Below the pieces are notes generated by a model that made no database searches, was not told the DNA's origin, and saw nothing but the letters and a program-made list of their open reading frames with translations. Both the position numbers and the translations under genes were made by a program. Below are positions 39,934 to 48,546 of a stretch of 64,000 nucleotides of DNA, piece by piece. This stretch comes from a bacterium (GTDB lineage Bacteria > Hinthialibacterota > Hinthialibacteria > Hinthialibacterales > Hinthialibacteraceae). The stretch is from the NCBI GenBank assembly GCA_963662285.2, contig CAXXMV010000008.1, positions 288,001-352,000 on the forward strand. Direction: 5' to 3'. Position 1 is the stretch's first letter; each line of letters begins with the position of its first letter.

Positions 39934-40431
39934 TTATGCTTCCGCTGCCAGTTGATCTAAACTATCACCTGTTAAACGGTACAAATCACATTCAGCAATA
40001 GGATTAGCTCCAAGTTTTTTATAGAAATTAATCGCTGGTTCATTCCAATTCAGAACAGTCCATTCCAGTCGCCCATAGCTGCGATCAGTAACTAACTGAG
40101 CCAGATAAATCAACAAAGCGCGGCCAATGCCCTTGCTCCTGCACTCTGGTTTGACGAATAAATCTTCCAGATGGATTCCGGGAGTTCCCGCGAAAGTTGA
40201 AATACAGGTATAAAAAAAAGCAAAACCAACCGGGGCGCCATCATAGTATGCTAACACCGCCTCCGCGCAGGGATGCTCGCCAAAAAGAGCGTCACGTATA
40301 TTGTCTTCAGTCGCGGTCAGTTTATCTAAATTGTTCTCAAATTCAGCCAGGTCATGAATAAATTGATATACCAGGGATACATCATCTATTCTAGTTTGTC
40401 TTATTTCCACTTCATTGATAGTTAATTCCAT
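39934..40431 (-). CDS. GNAT N-acetyltransferase (diamine acetyltransferase-like)
   Basis: HLEDLFVKPECRSKGIG, LEWTVLNWNEPAINFYKKLGA. Confidence 0.9.
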   Translation of the reverse strand: MELTINEVEIRQTRIDDVSLVYQFIHDLAEFENNLDKLTATEDNIRDALFGEHPCAEAVLAYYDGAPVGFAFFYTCISTFAGTPGIHLEDLFVKPECRSKGIGRALLIYLAQLVTDRSYGRLEWTVLNWNEPAINFYKKLGANPIAECDLYRLTGDSLDQLAAEA

Positions 40432-40488
40432 ATTCAGCCTAACGCTTTCAATTATTCTTAAGTACTTTTCCAAAACCTATCAATCATT

Positions 40489-41763
40489 CTAGTACAGCAA
40501 ATACTTGTCTCTTACCAAAAGAAATTGATTAACGCCTTTATTAGTCGTCTTCATAATAAATTGAAAATCTTTTCCCTCACCAATCAAGGTGCGTAACGAC
40601 TCATCACCCCATAATCGATCCATAAAACTTAAGGTCTTGTATTGCTGGGGATAAAGCGAATGCGCCGCGCATAGTAGAGCGACTGCAAGTTCAATAGGTC
40701 TTAACTTGTCTTGATCAGTGATGGTAAAACGCAATCCATGACATAGCTTATCCTTATATTTGGGATTCTCCGATTTGCCGGGGATGCTCTTAGGCGTAAA
40801 TTCAATAACCTTGGCAGATATTCCAGATAACAACTTATCAGGAACCGCGTCAAGCCATTTCTGACCATCAATAAATGGCGCCCCTATTATAAGAAATGGA
40901 TCATCTGTACCCCGGCCTTCAGACAGGTTCGAGCCTTCAAATAAACAAAATCCCGGATAGATAACAGCCGTATCCAGCGATGGCATATTGGGAGACGGCG
41001 CAATCCATGACATGCCCGTCTGATCATAGTGCATTGCGCGCGTATAATTCTTCATTGGAATAACCGTTAAATCCGCGTTAATCGAAAATCCGGCGTAACT
41101 CTCTTGATTCATCAATTGGGCTAATTCACCTACCGTCATGCCATAACGTATAGGCAGCGGCATCACACCTACAAAACTGGTGTAGGCTGGATTAGTAATA
41201 GCTCCTTCAACCCGTACGGCGCCGACCGGGTTGGGACGATCCAATACGATTATAGGGATGCCTTCCCGCTCCGCCGCACACAAAGCCAGAAACATGGTTG
41301 ATATATAAGTATAAAATTTAACGCCTACATCCTGCATGTCATAAATCAATACATCAACATTACTCAGCATTTCATGAGTCGGAACGCGGGTATCACCATA
41401 AAGGCTATAGATCGGGATGCCCTTAATATCAGTTTGCTCAATAGTCGCGCCGGCCGAACTATCGCCCGTAAAGCCATGCTCCGGGCCGAATAACGCAGTA
41501 ATTTTGGCATGTTGGCTTAACACAGATACAATCGACCGTCCCTCGCTATCAACTGATGTATGATTGGCGATAATGCCAATCCGTTTGTTTTTTATCAGAT
41601 CAGATTTCTCTTCAACAAGACGTTCTAATCCCAAAATTACTCTTGTATCGGCAAAAGCGTTTAATGAAAAACACAAAACAATATTGACAAGAATTGATGC
41701 CATGGTTAATCCAAAATAACGGTTGTTGATGATTTTGATAAATAATCTATTCATGATCTTCAC
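40489..41763 (-). CDS. namZ: Exo-beta-N-acetylmuramidase NamZ (DUF1343)
   Basis: NHTS, LFGPEHG, SLYG, DMQDVGVKFYTY, LDRPNP, PSPNMP, SEGRGT. Confidence 0.88.
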   Translation of the reverse strand: MKIMNRLFIKIINNRYFGLTMASILVNIVLCFSLNAFADTRVILGLERLVEEKSDLIKNKRIGIIANHTSVDSEGRSIVSVLSQHAKITALFGPEHGFTGDSSAGATIEQTDIKGIPIYSLYGDTRVPTHEMLSNVDVLIYDMQDVGVKFYTYISTMFLALCAAEREGIPIIVLDRPNPVGAVRVEGAITNPAYTSFVGVMPLPIRYGMTVGELAQLMNQESYAGFSINADLTVIPMKNYTRAMHYDQTGMSWIAPSPNMPSLDTAVIYPGFCLFEGSNLSEGRGTDDPFLIIGAPFIDGQKWLDAVPDKLLSGISAKVIEFTPKSIPGKSENPKYKDKLCHGLRFTITDQDKLRPIELAVALLCAAHSLYPQQYKTLSFMDRLWGDESLRTLIGEGKDFQFIMKTTNKGVNQFLLVRDKYLLY

Positions 41764-41899
41764 TTCCTTAAGTTATGATTACAAACCAAAAATGCCGGTT
41801 GGGCTTAAATCTAACATAAATTATGCCACAATTGCATCATGATCAAATCAATTGTATTAGTGTCATACACAAAAAGTATATAGGATAAGAGCTGTTTCA

Positions 41900-44503
41900 A
41901 TGAAAATAATCCACACATTCCTTATTTTATCGGCCTCTATTTTATTTATTATTCTCTTATCAAATGGCGCATATTCTAGTGAATCGAATTTTCAACCCAG
42001 TCTAGCATCTTATAATATATCTCCGACAGAGGCTGCGCCGGGAGATTATATAAATTGCCGTTTCGATTTCATCAATGATGGTCAAGCGCCTTCAATAGCG
42101 AACGAGAGGATATTTCTCCATTTCACCGTTCCACAAAATCCCTCGTTAATACTTTGGCAAGCCGATCATGATCCTCTGGTATCCACCCAATTCTGGATGC
42201 CCAATCAAACCATCGAAGACGGCCCCTTGCCAGTGCTTGTTCCTCAAGATATTAAAGACGGGACATATTGCGTACGGGTTGGATTATGGAACCCCGCCAC
42301 CAATTTACGCAGCCTTGAAGCAATTCCCTCCGTCACCCTGACAATTAACCGGAATATAAAAAGCCTTGCGCAACAATCGATTCCATCGATCCCGGTCGAT
42401 ACGGCTAACCGGAAAAACAAATCATTGTTATTGCAGCGTTTTCTGGCTGGTTCTCAAGTTCAATTGGAAAGTGACAATTTGCTATTCCAAATAAAACTTA
42501 AAGAAGGACTATTCTGCATCCAAAACAAAGGCTCCGGCGCCGTATGGCAGAGTTCGCCTTCAGCCAATGGCTTGGGATTTGTTTCAGCCAAAAAGAATAA
42601 TAAACCATTCCGTATTCCGCTTAATGACCTGAAGGTTTTGTCAGAATCTTCCAAACAATGCCGCCTTCAAAAAGAGATCAATGGTTCAGTTATAATCGAA
42701 ATCGAATTTCAACTTAACGCCAAACAACAATGCCTCAATGTTTCCTGGAAAACCGGCGCCGACTGGCAGTTCTACAAAATTGAATGGGATTCCCTACTAT
42801 GGACGACGGACTCCTTGGGCATAGGCGCCGTCATCCCGCGATTGATGGGAGAAATGTTCCCCGCCAATTCAGTCATTGAATACACCAAAACTTTTGGAAC
42901 CTACGCTGGCTGGGGTGGGCTGCATATCCCCATGACCGGCATGATGAACAAAAATGGTTCAGCGCTGCTTAGTTGGCAAAGCCCGAATATTTCAGTACAA
43001 CTAAAATCCGTATTGGTCGATCAGAATATCTGGCCGGGATCAAAGAATCAGAGCATCAGTTTGCATAGCGAAGAACCTCAGGGAGAGTTTTCATTATCTA
43101 TCATAGATGGTCATAGATACGTTGATCTAGCTCGTGCTTACCGGAATATCGCTGACAAAAACGGCATTCTGGCCGGGTTAGAGAATAAAGCGCGCCGTAA
43201 CCGTGAGGTCAAAAAACTTTTCGGCGCCGCTGAATTCAAACCGTTCGTCTGCTTCAGGGATATCAGAAATCAGAATGGCGCTCAAAGCGAAAGGATTTAC
43301 AACAATTATACTGAGGAAGATTGCATTCAAATTGCGCGACATCTGCATGACGACCTGCAATTAACCAAGGTTCTCTTCGTTCTGGCAGGATGGATTCACC
43401 GGGGATACGACAATCAACATCCCGATATCCTGCCCGCCGCCCCGGAAATCGGCGGCGACCAGGGCGTAGCGCGAATTTCTGAAAGCGTACGCTCCTACGG
43501 TTACCTGTTCGGTTTGCATGATAATTATCAGGACATGTACACCGACGCTCCATCATGGGATCAGTCGATGATTATGATGGAGCAAAGCGGCCAACGAAAA
43601 AAAGGCGGCGTATGGGCGGGCGGACAATCATGGCTGATTGCATCCAATTACGGCCTGCAACTGGCGCAACGCAATCTGCCTGAAGTCAAAAGACTCTATG
43701 CGCCTAACGCCTATTTTATTGATACGACTTACGCGGCGCCACTGTATGAATCATTTGATCCGCAAAATCCACTAACCCGCATAGAAGACATGCGCTATAA
43801 AAAGGAATTGAGCCGCTACGCCGCACAAACCTTCGGCGTTCATGGATCGGAAACCGGTTTTGCTTTTGGCGTTCCTGAGTCGCATTATTTTGAAGGCATA
43901 TTAAGCGGCGCCCCGATTGTGAAGGATTTTCCTCATCCCGCAGCGCAAGATATCCCCCTGTTTCCATTAATATTTCATGATTGCATCGCCATGTATACTC
44001 ACCAGGGAGACCGCGCGGGAATCAACGACGCCCGCAAAATATTAAAGCATCTGGTTCTGGGAGAAATGCCGCTCTACGATATCGCGCCGCATCAGTACTG
44101 GAAACAGGACATGACCGAACCTGATCTAACTAAAGCGGAAAACTGCTTCGCCCGCTTCAACCAGGGCTGGGGAGAAGGTAAACATCCAACCGACCGCTTC
44201 ATCAAGAACACCTATGAATTCCTATCGCCCTTCGCCGAAGGAGTGGCCGCGCTGCCCATGACCGAACACCGCTATCTAAATGATGATCGTTCGGTGGAAC
44301 GTTCAAAATTCGGCCAGCATTGGCAGGTTATTGTAAATTATGGACCCGAAGACTACCGCTATGGCGAAACCATGCTTCCACCCATGGGATTCGTAGCTGT
44401 CGGGCCGGATTATCTGGCGCAGCATTTCTATCCCAAATTCGGAGAAGAAGCCACATCGCTAATCGTACAACGCGGCGAAACAACTTATATCGGCTTCAAA
44501 TAA
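41900..44503 (+). CDS. Secreted glycoside hydrolase, DUF5696/GH129-like, with N-terminal Ig-like domain
   Basis: Signal peptide; GWIHRGYDNQHPD, LHDNYQD, YFIDTT, GSETG, IPLFPLIFHDC. Confidence 0.7.
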   Translation: MKIIHTFLILSASILFIILLSNGAYSSESNFQPSLASYNISPTEAAPGDYINCRFDFINDGQAPSIANERIFLHFTVPQNPSLILWQADHDPLVSTQFWMPNQTIEDGPLPVLVPQDIKDGTYCVRVGLWNPATNLRSLEAIPSVTLTINRNIKSLAQQSIPSIPVDTANRKNKSLLLQRFLAGSQVQLESDNLLFQIKLKEGLFCIQNKGSGAVWQSSPSANGLGFVSAKKNNKPFRIPLNDLKVLSESSKQCRLQKEINGSVIIEIEFQLNAKQQCLNVSWKTGADWQFYKIEWDSLLWTTDSLGIGAVIPRLMGEMFPANSVIEYTKTFGTYAGWGGLHIPMTGMMNKNGSALLSWQSPNISVQLKSVLVDQNIWPGSKNQSISLHSEEPQGEFSLSIIDGHRYVDLARAYRNIADKNGILAGLENKARRNREVKKLFGAAEFKPFVCFRDIRNQNGAQSERIYNNYTEEDCIQIARHLHDDLQLTKVLFVLAGWIHRGYDNQHPDILPAAPEIGGDQGVARISESVRSYGYLFGLHDNYQDMYTDAPSWDQSMIMMEQSGQRKKGGVWAGGQSWLIASNYGLQLAQRNLPEVKRLYAPNAYFIDTTYAAPLYESFDPQNPLTRIEDMRYKKELSRYAAQTFGVHGSETGFAFGVPESHYFEGILSGAPIVKDFPHPAAQDIPLFPLIFHDCIAMYTHQGDRAGINDARKILKHLVLGEMPLYDIAPHQYWKQDMTEPDLTKAENCFARFNQGWGEGKHPTDRFIKNTYEFLSPFAEGVAALPMTEHRYLNDDRSVERSKFGQHWQVIVNYGPEDYRYGETMLPPMGFVAVGPDYLAQHFYPKFGEEATSLIVQRGETTYIGFK

Positions 44504-44716
44504 TCAATAATCCACAGCCGGGGCGGGCGCTATTATAAAGATATATCAGTACAATTAGTCTTTATATCTATTTTTTATGAAGTTCCCAAAATTTTCCCAT
44601 ATTTCTTTTTTGGGTTTATTTGTTTTTATCAAACAACACTTTTTATATTTCTTTCCTGATCCACAATTACATGGATCATTTCTACCAGGATTATGAGCCA
44701 CTTTTACCTCCGTATT

Positions 44717-45940
44717 TCATATTCCACTGTTATGTCTCTTAACGACACGATGCATCCACATTAACAAGAATACCAATAATAACGGGCAGACTGCGGTTGA
44801 GATTAATCCGTATCTGGGATTTGATTGTTCGGTTATGAATCCTATGAGCCAGGGCATTAAGACGCATCCTATGTTGCCCGATGCGGCTAGGATGGCGAAT
44901 AGCGAAGCGCCTCCGTCGGGGAATCGGTCTGATGCCACTGCTAATGTTGAAGGCCACAGGCAGCCGACCACCAGACCAATGGATACGCACGCCGCGAGGG
45001 CAATGGGGGCGGATGGGCTGAAGCAACCTACAATAAATAATAGAAAAATTATCATGCAACAAAACATCATCAGCGGGATTGTTCCGGTGCGATGGACAAT
45101 CTGCGATACAACATAACGCCCCATGCCCATGGCTATGGAGAAGACCGCCAGGGCAGCGCCGCCGCTGGATTTTGAATACCCCAATCCCCTTTCGGCGTAT
45201 GCAGGCAGCCATTGCGCCAATCCTACTTCAGTAGCGCCGCCCAGAAAAATGGCCAGCGCCGCAGCTAGCACAAATGGATGCCGGATCAGATAACGCAGCG
45301 AGGTGCGCGATTTATCCTGATGCACAATGGTCGGTGGATGGATCATGAAGAATCCCACACTTATCAGGATGGGGAAAATCAAGATGGTCAAACAGATCGT
45401 GCGCCATGAGATATCCAAGTACAACGCAGCCGAACCAATCAACACGGTGATAACCGCGCCGATGCAATAGAACAGGTGCAATTTGTTTAATGCGGAGGTG
45501 CGCTGCTCCGGTTTGGCAGCCGCCACAATGGGGCTTAAAACCACTTCCATACATGCCGCGCCTAATCCCAGCAAACTTGCGGCCATAAGCAGAACCGTAA
45601 AATTGGGAGCGCAACCAAGCGACGCCAGCCCCAGCGTAATAAAGCCAAGCCCCAGAATGGCGAATAACCGGGCGCCCCAGCGGTCAACCAACGGCCCGGC
45701 GAAGACGATGCCGATCACCATTGCGGAAAAGATAGCCGCTGGAATACGCCCTAACTGCTCGCTGGTCAAATCGCCATTGACGCCGAAGGTCTCGCCGAAG
45801 GTAGTAAGAAAAACCGGGGGAAGGTTGACGCTTATTGCCAGGCACATCATGGCGCTGCAGCAAAGATACACGGTTGGGCTGGTTGATTTGGTTTTCACAT
45901 TGACTCTTTCTGATTTGTATAAAATTGCTCGAAAAATCAT
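44717..45940 (-). CDS. MFS transporter
   Basis: 12 TM pattern; GPLVDRWGAR motif A; start uncertain. Confidence 0.85.
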   Translation of the reverse strand: MIFRAILYKSERVNVKTKSTSPTVYLCCSAMMCLAISVNLPPVFLTTFGETFGVNGDLTSEQLGRIPAAIFSAMVIGIVFAGPLVDRWGARLFAILGLGFITLGLASLGCAPNFTVLLMAASLLGLGAACMEVVLSPIVAAAKPEQRTSALNKLHLFYCIGAVITVLIGSAALYLDISWRTICLTILIFPILISVGFFMIHPPTIVHQDKSRTSLRYLIRHPFVLAAALAIFLGGATEVGLAQWLPAYAERGLGYSKSSGGAALAVFSIAMGMGRYVVSQIVHRTGTIPLMMFCCMIIFLLFIVGCFSPSAPIALAACVSIGLVVGCLWPSTLAVASDRFPDGGASLFAILAASGNIGCVLMPWLIGFITEQSNPRYGLISTAVCPLLLVFLLMWMHRVVKRHNSGI

Positions 45941-46087
45941 AAGAGAAATTTGACTTCAAGAATAGGACGCCAACAATTATATAGAAACATATAAGGTATA
46001 CTGTTCTATAAGATAAGCCATAAGTAGAATACGCCCAGGATATTTCCGCTATACTTGTAAAAGATATTTTAATGAGAGGAAACAATC

Positions 46088-46918
46088 ATGATACGATTTA
46101 GTTCGATTTTCTTCACGCTTTCTTTGAGTATATTCATTATCCCGGCTCTTGCCAGCGGCGGCGATGAAGTTATCTTTTCCGAGGATTTTGAAAGCGGCGC
46201 TCTTGATAAATGGGACGCTGATTCGGTGAAGAATGATCCCAAGCGCCTTGTATTAACCAGTGATCCAGACAAGGTTTTCCGCGGAAAGTACTCCGTGGAA
46301 TTCATCGCTCAGGTTGGAGAAGGCAGCGGCGCCAAACTTAATAAATGGTTCATGCCGGGTTATGACGAGGTCTATGCGCGGTGGTACTGTAAGTTCGCCG
46401 ATGATTTCGATCAGGGCAACCACATGCATTTCAACCACCTGCTGGCCAACCGGGCGGATAACAAATGGTCGGCTTTCGGCAAGGCGGGTCTCAAACCGGG
46501 AGGCGATGACTTTTTCACCATCGGTCTGGAACCGTGGCGCGATTGGGGCAATAATCCCGCTCCCGGCGAAATGATGTTCTACAGTTACCACATGGATATG
46601 CCGATTGATCCAAAGATGGGTAAATACTGGGGGCAGATGTTTCGTCCATCACCCAAATTCGTCCCAAAGCGGGGACAGTGGTACTGCATGGAGATGATGA
46701 TTAAAGCCAATACCCCGGGGAAATCCGACGGCGAACAGGCCTTCTGGATCGACGGAGAATTAAAAACCCGCGACGTTGGCATTAGATGGAGAAACACGGA
46801 AGACCTCAAAATAAATGATTTCTGGCTAATGCTCTACGTCCACAACAGCAAACAGATAAACCGGGTTTGGTTTGATGAAGTGGTGATCGATGATAAATAT
46901 ATCGGGCCGCTGAAATAG
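46088..46918 (+). CDS. Secreted protein with polysaccharide-lyase/ConA-like fold
   Basis: Signal peptide, IFSEDFESG, YARWYCKF, GQWYCMEMM, DGEQAFWIDG, WFDEVVI...YIGP. Confidence 0.65.
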   Translation: MIRFSSIFFTLSLSIFIIPALASGGDEVIFSEDFESGALDKWDADSVKNDPKRLVLTSDPDKVFRGKYSVEFIAQVGEGSGAKLNKWFMPGYDEVYARWYCKFADDFDQGNHMHFNHLLANRADNKWSAFGKAGLKPGGDDFFTIGLEPWRDWGNNPAPGEMMFYSYHMDMPIDPKMGKYWGQMFRPSPKFVPKRGQWYCMEMMIKANTPGKSDGEQAFWIDGELKTRDVGIRWRNTEDLKINDFWLMLYVHNSKQINRVWFDEVVIDDKYIGPLK

Positions 46919-46933
46919 GCGGATTCTTTCATG

Positions 46934-46974
46934 ATTGCGGTAAGCCCTTGATCAAGCCACTTATTGTAGAATAA
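46934..46974. repeat. Partial copy of the 26592 repeat
   Basis: ATTGCGGTAAGCCCTTGATCAAGCCACTTATT matches ATTGCGGTCAGCCCTTGATCAAGCCATCTATT. Confidence 0.7.
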
Positions 46975-47078
46975 AAATCACTTAACTTAATAACATTGCT
47001 TTTCATGAATGCTCAAGCTATGTATAGTGGATTTTCCGGCTCACCGATTATAATTAGTTGATTTGTTCTGTATATTAT

Positions 47079-48469
47079 GCCTCTTCAAAAAAATCTGTGG
47101 GTGAAATTTGGTTCTGGTAAATCGCCAAGTGTATGATATAAGGCGATTTCCAGCGCTTTGTAGGTTCGAAAACCGTACGCCATTTTGGTAGTCACTTTGG
47201 CCTTGTTGTTTAAGCCTTCCACCACTCCAGAAGAAAACTCCTTTTTCGCCCGAAACCAGTTCAAAATCAGTTCGCGATGGTTGCGCAGCATCTTGGCCAC
47301 TTTCTTCATTGGTTCGATTCGCGAGCGCATGGTTTTAGTACACCACTGATCCATGAAGCGTCCAGCCCACCATGCTGATTTATATTCCCAGAAAAATTGA
47401 AATTCCTCTTTGAGAAGATAACTTCTCACCGTGCGCAGATTATATCGAACCACGTTGGCTAATTTATCGACCTGCTTGACTGTCAAATTATCCGGGCGTT
47501 TCAGAAACCACCAGCGACTTCCTTTTAATACCGGTTCTAATCCCTTGGCCTTCAATTCACGGGATTCTCCAGCGCGGACTTGATCTATGGCTTTGTTCAT
47601 ATGAGCCATGATGTGAAACCGATCCAATACATTCAGCGCGCTTTTGGCTTTTTTGCGAATGACTTTGAGATAAGCTTTCCACATATCACTGCACACAAAT
47701 TCCAATTTTTTTGAACGCTCTTCCCCGAACCATCTGAAGAATTTCAACAGTGTTTTGATCTTTCTTTTTTCCCCGATCCACAGCAGCCGTTTGCAATTCT
47801 CATTGATTTGATATACCACTGTCACATACTGATGGCCGCCGCCCCATTGCATTTCATCGATTCCAATGGCGGTGATTCCTTCCAGGTTCACATGCTGGCG
47901 GCCCCATTCTACCGCCCGTTCAACCGAATGAAAAACATTGTACCAACTTGTTTGAAATGCTTCCGCCACTTGGCTCCAACTCATCCGCTTGGCCCAGCTC
48001 GCCAAGAACCATTGATAGATATGCGTTAATTCATGTTTACCATCGGCCCAAGGTACCTTTTCAACTTTCACTCCACAGCGGTGACAATTCACGCGGCGCA
48101 TGGCATAGATCAGGAATACGGTTAATCCCCATATCGGGATAAACTCAAATCGGCGCGCATCTAATCTGTCATAACCTGATCCTTTTTCTCCGCAGCATGA
48201 ACATATCGGGCGGCTTTTGACATGAGCACGGACTTTTACCTCTATGGATGTTTTACCATTCCATTCACCAAATTTGCTAGAAGCATATACATACCCCTTG
48301 ATTTTATGAACACGATTGAGGATTCTAATGACATCCATCCGGTTTCCTCCTGGTTGATGATTTTTCGCTGATTTCATTCTTTCAGGATAAGAGACCGGAT
48401 GTCTTTTTTATACCTCTACTATTCGAAGTATTTTTGCTATCATTCACCCACAGATTTCTTTATAGAACC
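47079..48469 (-). mobile_element. Complete ISL3-family insertion sequence (1391 bp)
   Basis: Inverted ends GCCTCTTCAAAAAAATCTGTGGGTGAA / GGTTCTATAAAGAAATCTGTGGGTGAA; 8-bp target duplication TATATTAT at 47071-47078 and 48470-48477. Confidence 0.95.
47085..48338 (-). CDS. ISL3 family transposase
   Basis: Zn finger CSCC...CHRC, IGIDE, CSDMW, DRFHI, VEGLNNKAK...AYGFR; GGAGG RBS before the ATG at 48338. Confidence 0.95.
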   Translation of the reverse strand: MDVIRILNRVHKIKGYVYASSKFGEWNGKTSIEVKVRAHVKSRPICSCCGEKGSGYDRLDARRFEFIPIWGLTVFLIYAMRRVNCHRCGVKVEKVPWADGKHELTHIYQWFLASWAKRMSWSQVAEAFQTSWYNVFHSVERAVEWGRQHVNLEGITAIGIDEMQWGGGHQYVTVVYQINENCKRLLWIGEKRKIKTLLKFFRWFGEERSKKLEFVCSDMWKAYLKVIRKKAKSALNVLDRFHIMAHMNKAIDQVRAGESRELKAKGLEPVLKGSRWWFLKRPDNLTVKQVDKLANVVRYNLRTVRSYLLKEEFQFFWEYKSAWWAGRFMDQWCTKTMRSRIEPMKKVAKMLRNHRELILNWFRAKKEFSSGVVEGLNNKAKVTTKMAYGFRTYKALEIALYHTLGDLPEPNFTHRFF

Positions 48470-48546
48470 TATATTATAAAATGAAGTTCAGCCTGTTATG
48501 GAATGACCTTTGTCAAAAGAAATCTTAACGTTAGAAAGGATTTGCA

